DNA of 32,000 nucleotides, from positions 2,550,001-2,582,000 of the forward strand of contig CP104013.1 in assembly GCA_025839675.1 (NCBI GenBank), in the 5' to 3' direction. A program made the translations under genes and the position numbers. Source of the DNA: Candidatus Lokiarchaeum ossiferum. Its GTDB lineage: Archaea > Asgardarchaeota > Lokiarchaeia > Sigyniarchaeales > Promethearchaeaceae. This document shows positions 24,136-31,481 of this stretch, one piece after another. The notes beneath the pieces were generated by a model. That model saw only the letters and a program-made list of their open reading frames with translations, was not told the origin of the DNA and made no database searches. The number at the start of each line of letters is the position of its first letter. Positions within the stretch are counted from its first letter, which is position 1.

Positions 24136-26364
24136 TCACGCCAAGGTATAATATCCAATATTGAGAGAATAGGCTGTTGTTTTTGCGTTTCGAGAGACCA
24201 TACGGACTGCAATGTAGTAAGTTCCAGCGGAAGGAATATTAACCGAACAACTTTCTGGATTAGTACCTGCATTGCCAATTGCAATAGAATCGGTATAATC
24301 GGCGGAATTACAAATATATACATCAAGATTATAATTATTACTCCAAGATAGAATTGCTTCCATCATTCCAGGTTGAGCAGTGATAGCAAAGTAATCCACT
24401 TCGAATTTTGCAATACTACCGGTCAAAGTTTCTTCAACATAAACGACATCACCAGATACTTCGTTATCAACAGTAACAGAAATGCTATCTTCACCATAAT
24501 TTCCTGCGGCATCGTAAGCCCGAACGCTGATAATATGATTTCCATTGACTACTGTTGTTGAATCCCAAACCCATGTATAAGGAGCAGACGAATCGGAAAT
24601 CCAACTTCCACCATCAATTGAATATTGAACATAACTCACACCAATATTATCTGAGGCACTTGCTTCAATGGAAATAAAATCACTAACAATTGCAGCATCT
24701 GCAGGAGACGTAATACTCACTTCAGGATCTACCGTATCAGAAGGTGTACTGCCTTGTTCAATTGAGAATGAATAATCAACTAAACCAACATCAGCACTCG
24801 CTATCATTAAAACATATCCATCATCGACAAATCCACCTAAAGCGAATGGATTAATTGTAGTTTCGGTAGAATCATCTAAAATCAAGGTTTCTACAGCAGT
24901 ATAAGTGGGAACCCCACCAACAAGTTCTACCGAAATTAAGGATACTAAGAAATCAGTTTCAGTAGTTCTCCTTCCTCCTGCAGGAGCACCATCGTCTCCG
25001 TTAAATGAAAACATAGGATTATATTCAGAAGAAATTTGATTAAACCGGACATAATCGGATCCATAGGATCCCAATTCATATACGCCTGTTGCATCTCCTA
25101 AATAACTGAGAGTTTCTCCAAAGCTTGAGCCTAAAACATTCGTTACGAACATATCATCTATATCATAAATTCGTGTCTGGGTTGGTTCCAATTCATCTAA
25201 ATCGAAAGTTGTATAGTCATATTTTCCTCCACCAATTTCTGTTGTATGGATTAAATTGGCAATTCGCCAGTCATGATAAACATCTTCGAAAGTTTCTGTG
25301 TAACCAAAGTAACTTAAGGCTTGATTAATTCCAGTCACACCAGCAACTCCTGCTTGGACAAAATGACTTATAAGTTCAGCCCCACCATAGTGATCCGATA
25401 AATAGACGGTCCACATTAACGCTGAACCATAATCTGCTAAAATATTGATTCCACCTTGATCTTCCCAAACTGTTAAAGAATTGTCAGGAGTCGCAAGATA
25501 AGCTTCGATATCACCCCATGCCACACCATACCCACATAATGGTTCAGCATACATTGAGCATCCTTCATTCATGAAGGTATCATCATTGGAATTGTAATCA
25601 TCATGAATCAGATGTTGATATTCATGCGCTACAACACCTTCATATAAGTTTGGGCGTAAAACATCATCCCCGATTCGATTTTCCCAATCCATACAATCAA
25701 TTGAGATAATATTACGATCAAAGGCTTGTTCAAAAACACCCCAATAAAAACCAACGATATAATAAGGATAACTTGCATCATAATACATATCATCACGAAT
25801 ATTGGAAACTAACATAACTGATCTTCCTGATTCTTCATAATATGCATCACCTTGTTGAGCTGAACTTCCATCATGGAAATCTGGGCTACCAAAATATGTT
25901 GTATCTATTGGATAAATGTTATTATCAAATTCATCAATCATGTAAGCGACTTGTTCATCGGTAATTACCGGTACTTCACGATCATCAGGGAAACTTAAAT
26001 CTAAAGCAACCCAAATTTCAATATTGTTTCCAACCCCTCGAAGTTCGAAGGGGAGAGTTATGGTTCCATCATTCATATCATAACCATACCAATCCACAAT
26101 ATCACCGTCAGCGTAATAGCTTAAAGCTTCCACACTAGAAACAGTAGTATCTTCAGAAGAAGAAATCTGTCGATCTGGAGTAGAAACAGCAGGTAAATTC
26201 TCCATTGTCCTTCCACGTATTTCAGGACCTAAATCAATAGGTTCATAAGCAGCATAATTATATTGTTTTTTTTGGTTTTGCTGCATTGCTGCACCTAATG
26301 TAAGGATATTTGAACATACGATGACAAAAACTAATGAGAAAATCATAGATTTATTGTATTTCAT
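24136..26364 (-). CDS. secreted zinc metalloprotease (gluzincin, HEXXH...E) with C-terminal Ig-like and pre-peptidase C-terminal (PPC)-like domains
   Basis: 742 aa with a signal peptide (MIFSLVFVIVCSNILTLGAAM). The catalytic motif is VVAHEYQHLIHDDYNSNDDTFMNEGCSMYAE: HExxH plus a downstream NEG glutamate. An Ig-like segment follows (DPEVSITSPADAAIVSDFISIEASASDNIGVSYVQYSIDGGSW...ISVRAYDAAGNYGEDSISVTV). The final ~95 aa are PPC-like (DYFAITAQPG...LDVYICN...AGTYYIAVRMVS...AYSLNIGY). The MEROPS family is unresolved (M30/M6-like at best). Confidence 0.8.
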   Translation of the reverse strand: MKYNKSMIFSLVFVIVCSNILTLGAAMQQNQKKQYNYAAYEPIDLGPEIRGRTMENLPAVSTPDRQISSSEDTTVSSVEALSYYADGDIVDWYGYDMNDGTITLPFELRGVGNNIEIWVALDLSFPDDREVPVITDEQVAYMIDEFDNNIYPIDTTYFGSPDFHDGSSAQQGDAYYEESGRSVMLVSNIRDDMYYDASYPYYIVGFYWGVFEQAFDRNIISIDCMDWENRIGDDVLRPNLYEGVVAHEYQHLIHDDYNSNDDTFMNEGCSMYAEPLCGYGVAWGDIEAYLATPDNSLTVWEDQGGINILADYGSALMWTVYLSDHYGGAELISHFVQAGVAGVTGINQALSYFGYTETFEDVYHDWRIANLIHTTEIGGGKYDYTTFDLDELEPTQTRIYDIDDMFVTNVLGSSFGETLSYLGDATGVYELGSYGSDYVRFNQISSEYNPMFSFNGDDGAPAGGRRTTETDFLVSLISVELVGGVPTYTAVETLILDDSTETTINPFALGGFVDDGYVLMIASADVGLVDYSFSIEQGSTPSDTVDPEVSITSPADAAIVSDFISIEASASDNIGVSYVQYSIDGGSWISDSSAPYTWVWDSTTVVNGNHIISVRAYDAAGNYGEDSISVTVDNEVSGDVVYVEETLTGSIAKFEVDYFAITAQPGMMEAILSWSNNYNLDVYICNSADYTDSIAIGNAGTNPESCSVNIPSAGTYYIAVRMVSRNAKTTAYSLNIGYYTLA

Positions 26365-26888
26365 AATTCAACCACATTTATGTCAACCAATTAATCATTT
26401 TTTCAAACGATTATATACCTTTTGTTCAGAATATTTATAAATATTTTGGACATGTGTTCTATATAAAAATCAATTAAATTTATTCAATAAATTTTTCTTT
26501 AATTAAATTAGAGTTATCTAAGATCATAGAGAAAATGGCCAGAAAATATGAATTAACTCTAATTCTGGTGGCACATTAGCTTTTAATAACATTTATTCTA
26601 AAGAAATAGATTTTATCGAGGTTTATTAGGACATTATGAAAAAAAACAATATGAGCGTCCTTCTAAATTCCCGAAATGTATTACATCCTCAATCAGTACA
26701 CCAGACTTATCTGATGACCTATCAGCGACGAACAGCCATTAGTTGTCTACTCCTCGCATTGTTTTCAGAAGCAATTTTCATATTACTCATGTTCAAAAAG
26801 ATAATTATCATCACCCTGAAAAAACAAAAATTTTTCCAAGGTAAAAGAAAGAAGAAAAAACGATAGAAAATGATATGAAATGAAAAAA

Positions 26889-27998
26889 TTAGTTGATTTT
26901 TCTTTTGACGAGCAGAAAAACAGATACTGCAACACAATATAGAATCATTATTGGTATGTTAAATCCGGGAATTCCAGTACTGACTTCCGCATTATAGCTC
27001 AAATTCAAAGTAGGGACTTCTACAAGAGGGAAGTTATCATCGTTTCTTGACCCAGAGATGTGATACTTTATATCCCACATTCCATTTTCTGAATTGGCGG
27101 ATGGATACCGGGTAGAATAATCCCCCCAAAAATTTCCGTGAGTGCCATTATCCCAATCGTTTATTCCCGACCCATCATCATATCCTTGATTACCTACATT
27201 TTTACTAAATATGTTGTAATAGATTTTGTTAAAACTTGAAGTTTCTTTTACTTGAATTCCATGTCCGTTGTACATAACTTTATTCTGAGTTATAGTGGTG
27301 TTTTTGGTATCATAGACCTCCAAACCATTGCTCGTACTGTTAATTATATAGTTATTGGAAAATTTATGCTCTAATCCTTCAAATAATACCGTTCCTTTAA
27401 AGTTAAATTCGATATGGTTTCCTTGGAATGTATCCCCGACAGAAAAATGAGAATATAAGCCCATTTGTTCACTTCCACAGATATAATTTCCTGAATATAT
27501 CCCATTTTTGCTAACATAAGGATAAAGCCCAATTCGAGAATTATTAATAAAATCGCAATTTAAGACTTGATTAAACTCACCATAAGCAGAATAGATTCCT
27601 TTATAATTCTCAATAAAAGTGCAATTACGAATGATCACATTGTCACACCGCATTAAAGTAATTCCCGCATCTTGTGCTAAATAACCGGAGTTTGTAATCG
27701 TGCAATTTTCGATTAAAACATATTTTTCAGAATTTTCTATTCTGATTCCAGAACCAGATTCATCAGCATCGATAATCAGATTCTGTAGTTTATACGGATT
27801 GGATTTAGCCCCGCTACCAGTGACATAGGGACAATCTTTCCAAGACATATCATCTTGAGTGGGATCGATAAAAATGGTATCATGAAGGCCTACAATGGGG
27901 TCTGCAGATACATCAACCATACCAAAATTAATGGTAGAGCCGATTATTATGCTTAAAAATAGGCTTGAAAGAAAAATTATTTTCTGATTTGTTTTCAT
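26889..27998 (-). CDS. secreted single-module parallel beta-helix (PbH1/NosD-like) protein with a PGF-like C-terminal anchor; paralog of the 4513-8322 product
   Basis: 369 aa with a signal peptide (IIFLSSLFLSIIIGSTINFG). The N-cap SNPYKLQNLIIDADESGSGIRIENS matches ESPYILENLIINAEMKENGLRIENT of the large protein. Beta-helix coils are present (NCTITNS, NCTFIEN, NCDFINN). The C-cap GNFWGDYSTRYPSAN...DNFPLVEVP matches GNYWGNYEIRYPSAT...DRFPLIVDP. The C-terminus is GIPGFNIPIMILYCVAVSVFLLVKRKIN. Confidence 0.82.
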   Translation of the reverse strand: MKTNQKIIFLSSLFLSIIIGSTINFGMVDVSADPIVGLHDTIFIDPTQDDMSWKDCPYVTGSGAKSNPYKLQNLIIDADESGSGIRIENSEKYVLIENCTITNSGYLAQDAGITLMRCDNVIIRNCTFIENYKGIYSAYGEFNQVLNCDFINNSRIGLYPYVSKNGIYSGNYICGSEQMGLYSHFSVGDTFQGNHIEFNFKGTVLFEGLEHKFSNNYIINSTSNGLEVYDTKNTTITQNKVMYNGHGIQVKETSSFNKIYYNIFSKNVGNQGYDDGSGINDWDNGTHGNFWGDYSTRYPSANSENGMWDIKYHISGSRNDDNFPLVEVPTLNLSYNAEVSTGIPGFNIPIMILYCVAVSVFLLVKRKIN

Positions 27999-28575
27999 AT
28001 TCAGATCAAAATACTTAAGAAAGGGCTAGCATAAAAAATTTTTGAAAAATGAATTATGAGTAAAATCAATTAGAACTACTTTTCATGAATTATAATTAAT
28101 TAAATTAGATTAATAGAAAAAAAATAATTTCAAAATATTTTAAGATTTTTGATTTAATTCAATTTAATCTTTTACTTGAAATGTGATTGACACAAACTTC
28201 TACAAAAGAAACACCTGGATTTTTTTTTTTAAATTCCGCTTTAAAAAAGTGCATTCTGATTCATTTCACACATATTTTTAGCTTATTAATACAAGCTCAC
28301 TTTTTAATTTCTGAAATCATCCCATTTATCAAATATTTGGTCGAGTTGAGAAATAAAAAAGAGAGTAGTATGGTGGTAATAAAAATGGAAGAATGCCCAT
28401 AAATAAGGGATTAATCTAAGATGGCAGCCCCGATGCAGAACCTCTAATAAAGTTTTTCATCGCCCGAGCAAAAAATTTTTATTGAGTGCGCCACTGAGTA
28501 ATCATGTTCTCATCTGTTTGATAGTCAAATGAAAATTATTTTAATTGATGAATCATATATGATAACAATTACCTT

Positions 28576-28681
28576 GGGCCATTGACGCAGCCAGGTAGCG
28601 TGTCGGGCTTTTAATTGATGAGCATTTCGCTCAAAAAAAGCCACCCGCAAGCCGGGGGTTCGAATCCCTCATGGCCCGCCA
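28576..28681 (+). tRNA. tRNA-Lys (anticodon UUU) with a 29-nt intron at the canonical 37/38 position; CCA encoded
   Basis: Folded by hand. The acceptor stem GGGCCAT/ATGGCCC has 7 perfect pairs, with U8. The D-arm is ACGC-AGCCAGGTA-GCGT and includes G18 G19. The anticodon stem TCGGG (28603-28607) pairs with CCCGC (28644-28648), leaving one U27:C43 mismatch. The loop is C-T-TTT-A, with the anticodon at 28610-28612. The intron is 28614-28642 (ATTGATGAGCATTTCGCTCAAAAAAAGCC). The variable loop is AAGCC, the T-arm is GGGGG-TTCGAAT-CCCTC, the discriminator is G, and CCA follows. A TATA-like ATATAT lies at 28555-28560 upstream, and a T-rich tract lies downstream. Confidence 0.85.
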
Positions 28682-28825
28682 TTATTTCTTTTCTATTTAG
28701 TAACCCACTAAGTAAATTTTAGACATCCCATATTAGCCCAATTTCCTGGTTAAAAATTATCTTAATAGAAGGAAACTTCTACAAATTTTAAGAGTGAATA
28801 TTTGCACCAAAAATTATTGAGAAGT

Positions 28826-28843
28826 AAAAAAAAAAAAAAAAAA
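28826..28843 (-). terminator. T18 homopolymer (A18 on the plus strand) immediately after the stop of a small zinc-ribbon ORF
   Basis: Counted directly: A from 28826 to 28843. The minus-strand stop codon occupies 28844-28846. Confidence 0.4.
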
Positions 28844-28978
28844 TTAAGAAAACTCATCGGCAATGGAATTACCACACTTGCCACAAAAGGAACTAAGGTT
28901 ATCTAACACAGCCCTGCATTGATTACAGGAAGGAGAATAGCATAATTCTAAGATGTTTGGTACAAATCGATTTTCCAC
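28844..28978 (-). CDS. possible small zinc-ribbon protein (44 aa), not in the ORF track
   Basis: My own translation gives (GTG)MENRFVPNILELCYSPSCNQCRAVLDNLSSFCGKCGNSIADEFS*. CNQC-x11-CGKCG is a classic zinc-ribbon knuckle pair, and FCGKCG is typical of the DZR/zinc_ribbon_2 family. The ORF is followed directly by T18. Weaknesses: only a GTG start is available, no clear SD, and the ORF is short. Confidence 0.3.
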   Translation of the reverse strand: MENRFVPNILELCYSPSCNQCRAVLDNLSSFCGKCGNSIADEFS

Positions 28979-29166
28979 ACTTTTCGCAAATCAGATTCGT
29001 CGGAAATTGACAGATATAGCAATTTGGGGGAATTTTTTTCAACAGATTTGTTATTTTTCTTTTGGGTGTTGGGAAAATAAGCTTCTACCAGATGAAGCAA
29101 ATATAAAAGAATAAAATTTAAGGGCAAGTCGATTATTATGACAATTATGGATTTAAAGGTGATAAA

Positions 29167-29538
29167 ATGAGCGATGTATTAGTTCAAGGGCCAAAGGATT
29201 ACTCCTTTCCGATCATTCGCGCTGATACTGAGGAAGACGATGAGTTTCCCAATCCACCAGACCGACCTATCGAACCAATTCATGCCCTGCAATTATTTTT
29301 CCTGCCCTTTTTGTTGGGATATCTCTTATTATCCTTATTTGCTGCAATAATGTTTCAGAGTTATATATTGTTGGGAATAAGCGGATTTTCCATCATTGTT
29401 CTGATTGTGGGGAGAATGTTGGAGAAAATATGCCTAAATAACTTCATCAAACGTAGAACTATTGCTATTCGAGTATTAGGGGTTGAAATTGTGCTTTTCT
29501 TTATATGGCAAAGCACTTGCGTCTACCTATATTATTAG
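29167..29538 (+). CDS. small integral membrane protein (3 predicted TM), unknown function
   Basis: 123-aa ORF. A strong Shine-Dalgarno-like AGGTGA lies 6 nt upstream of the ATG. An acidic N-terminal tail (TEEDDEFPNPPDRP) is followed by three hydrophobic segments. Confidence 0.55.
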   Translation: MSDVLVQGPKDYSFPIIRADTEEDDEFPNPPDRPIEPIHALQLFFLPFLLGYLLLSLFAAIMFQSYILLGISGFSIIVLIVGRMLEKICLNNFIKRRTIAIRVLGVEIVLFFIWQSTCVYLYY

Positions 29539-29913
29539 ATTTATTGCCAACCAAATAAATAATATTGAATATTTTCGCCAATTATTCGATTCCCATTTTT
29601 TTCAGAACATATGTCAAAGTCCCAACAAGGTAAGAAGTTGAAAATTGCTGGATCATCAATTTCTTTATAATCTGCGTTTTTATCTCAATTTTCACCCGCG
29701 AGATTTCTATAATCGAGTCTGGGTGAATCACTCTAACTTCCCCGATCATAAGGATTACTTCAAACTTCCAGTAAAAATCATGATAATCATTAAATCGTAG
29801 AAGAAAAATCTCGAAAGAAGAAGGAGAATAAGATAGGGAAAAAGAAAAGTAACCTATTTTCTAACAAAGAGAAAATATCTCAATTTGAAAAATTATTTCT
29901 AATATCCAATCGT

Positions 29914-30090
29914 GTGAAGATTTTAGATATTTGTGCTAATCTTGATCTTTCTCGAAAAAAAATTATTACCTTATTGATTGAATGGGAAGGGGAAGTTTCC
30001 GGATACAAACTTGAAGGGGATGAAATAATTATGGATAATACGAAGAGTAAACAAGATTTTCTTATTCTTATTGATGACCAATTTTTCTAA
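29914..30090 (+). CDS. possible small winged-helix-like protein (58 aa), or the 3' remnant of a decayed gene
   Basis: Frame 1 is open for 99 codons (29794-30090), but the first usable start is GTG at 29914. That gives (M)KILDICANLDLSRKKIITLLIEWEGEVSGYKLEGDEIIMDNTKSKQDFLILIDDQFF*. It is below the 60-aa cut-off of the supplied track. See the finding on 29569-30090. Confidence 0.25.
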   Translation: MKILDICANLDLSRKKIITLLIEWEGEVSGYKLEGDEIIMDNTKSKQDFLILIDDQFF

Positions 30091-30178
30091 TTGGAATCAA
30101 AAAGTAGAACTAAGTGTTGGAAAAAAAGAGTAATAAAGTGGGAGTTGATCTTGCTTTATGATGAAATTTTTTTTTGTT

Positions 30179-31342
30179 TTATAGTTTAGGCATTTTATTT
30201 TGAGTTTTTGTTTTTTTTCTGAGGAAGAGAATTATGGAAAGAAGGGAGATCCCTAAAAAGATGAAACCAAACGATATTGTTCCATTTTCATCACTTTCAG
30301 AACTAAAATCAGTAGAAAGAGGTTCCCATTTAGAGTCTGTAGAATCATAGGACCATAAATCCCCATAGTTCACACTATAGTCTTCTCCAAGCCCTCCAAA
30401 TAGGTAAGTTTTATTGGTTGACGAAGCAAAAGCCATGGCATGTCCGGTTCGGGGGGATGGAGTGCTATCGGGAGAGAATTCAGTCCAAGTTGAAGAGGAA
30501 GATCCATTGAAACACCATGTATCCCCCAAAGCTCGAATAGGGGATTCTTCATTATCACCTCCAAACAGGAGGCTTTGACCCAAATGAGAATCAAATACCA
30601 TAGAAAACCAATATCGGCTTAAAGGAGTTGTATTAGGAGACTTTTTTTGCCAAGTACCTTCTGTAAGATTCAAACTCCATGTTTCACTAGACAGACCAGA
30701 GACACGCCCTCCAAAAAGTATTCCTAATTTAGCATTGGTATCGTATACCATAGCATGGCCATAACGAGCTTGGGGTGGAGTATTTGTGGTTAATTGCACC
30801 CAATTTTCAGTCTGTGGATTAAAAATCCATGTTGCATCCTTAAGAACAAAATTGGGATCAACGTGACCTCCATAAATAACAATTTTTTGTTCGTTTTCAT
30901 CATAATGCATAGAGAAATCAGCCAAATTTGGTGGAGAATTTTCGGGTGATAATTTTGTCCAAGCGTTAGAAGAAGGATCAAAAGCCCATGTTTCACCTCC
31001 ACCAAAATAAATGACCCGATTTGTGGATGGATCGTAGACCATTCCAGAATTTTCTTGAATTCTTGGAACGATTGGAGTATTTATAGGAGTCCAAGTATTA
31101 TTGGATAGATGATAAAGCCACGTAGAATAATCTGGAGAACTACTTGCCATAGTTCGACTTCCGAAAAGAATTAGTTGATTTTGAATAGGATCGAAGACCA
31201 TGGAATGGGCATACAGAAGAGAAGGTCCATCATTAGAAGATGAGGAATAACCAAGCGAAGGAAAACTTATCAAACCGAAAATGAAAATAAAAAAAGCAAA
31301 TTTAAGTTTGAAGTCGCGGTGAACTTTTAATTTTGACGACAT
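30179..31342 (-). CDS. secreted Kelch-repeat beta-propeller protein with C-terminal TM anchor
   Basis: 387 aa with a signal peptide (FAFFIFIFGLISFPSLGYS). Six Kelch-type repeats each carry a W-x-x-L/I...P-x-x-R-x-G-H-x-M-V-Y-D...L-x-L-F-G-G pattern (e.g. PPQARYGHAMVYDTNAKLGILFGGR, PSPRTGHAMAFASSTNKTYLFGGLG). The C-terminal TM is FGFIFLGISLLSIILFL, followed by a basic tail RKKTKTQNK. Confidence 0.85.
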   Translation of the reverse strand: MSSKLKVHRDFKLKFAFFIFIFGLISFPSLGYSSSSNDGPSLLYAHSMVFDPIQNQLILFGSRTMASSSPDYSTWLYHLSNNTWTPINTPIVPRIQENSGMVYDPSTNRVIYFGGGETWAFDPSSNAWTKLSPENSPPNLADFSMHYDENEQKIVIYGGHVDPNFVLKDATWIFNPQTENWVQLTTNTPPQARYGHAMVYDTNAKLGILFGGRVSGLSSETWSLNLTEGTWQKKSPNTTPLSRYWFSMVFDSHLGQSLLFGGDNEESPIRALGDTWCFNGSSSSTWTEFSPDSTPSPRTGHAMAFASSTNKTYLFGGLGEDYSVNYGDLWSYDSTDSKWEPLSTDFSSESDENGTISFGFIFLGISLLSIILFLRKKTKTQNKMPKL

Positions 31343-31418
31343 AAACTGATTAATACCAAACTATAATATAAACCAAGGGAACTGAATTTTTAGATTATTC
31401 AGATGATTTAGAACCCCT

Positions 31419-31427
31419 AAAAAAAAA
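31419..31427 (-). terminator. T9 tract (minus strand) ~55 nt after the stop of the 31482-32000 gene
   Basis: A9 on the plus strand, counted directly. Confidence 0.35.
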
Positions 31428-31481
31428 GATATTTTACAAATCAATGAATGAAAAATGGATTTAATCCTTTTTCTAAATACG

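Noticed and set aside
26636-26937. Overlapping ORFs 26636-26866 (+) and 26722-26937 (-) in the spacer between the beta-helix and protease genes
   Set aside because: They overlap each other, and the second overlaps the 3' end of the 26889-27998 gene. Both are Lys/Phe/Ile low-complexity and look like translations of A/T tracts. I found no SD or promoter pattern convincing enough.
28187-28402. 71-aa TTG-initiated ORF upstream of the tRNA
   Set aside because: It has a non-ATG start, no SD, and runs through T-runs (TTTTTTTTTT at ~28222). Its composition is low-complexity with no motif. A small membrane peptide cannot be excluded, but I cannot support it.
28420-28500. Locally GC-richer island (GGCAGCCCCGATGCAGAACCTC ... 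CATCGCCCGAGC ... GAGTGCGCCACTGAG) upstream of tRNA-Lys, considered as a small ncRNA (C/D-box, H/ACA or tRNA fragment)
   Set aside because: I found no C/D-box pair (RUGAUGA/CUGA in the proper order), no ACA-box hairpin layout and no tRNA-like arms. Only a weak 5-bp stem (CGATG/CATCG) is present. An Infernal/Rfam scan would be decisive, but by eye it is not supportable.
28614-28642. TGATGA (C-box-like) inside the tRNA-Lys intron, considered as an intron-encoded C/D-box sRNA as in some archaeal tRNA-Trp introns
   Set aside because: The intron is only 29 nt and has no D box or guide region, so it is too short for a C/D sRNA.
4009-28790. Recurring (C)TCTACAAA(A) motif at ~4007, ~4518, ~8365, ~28195 and ~28776
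   Set aside because: Two of the five occurrences simply belong to the duplicated module. The rest are compatible with chance for an A/T-rich 9-mer (my rough expectation is about one per window), and they have no consistent position relative to genes.
28576-31342. Integrated mobile element at the tRNA-Lys gene
   Set aside because: Within the window there is no integrase, transposase or recombinase ORF, no terminal inverted repeats and no direct repeat of the tRNA 3' half. The region is better described as an accessory surface-protein neighbourhood.
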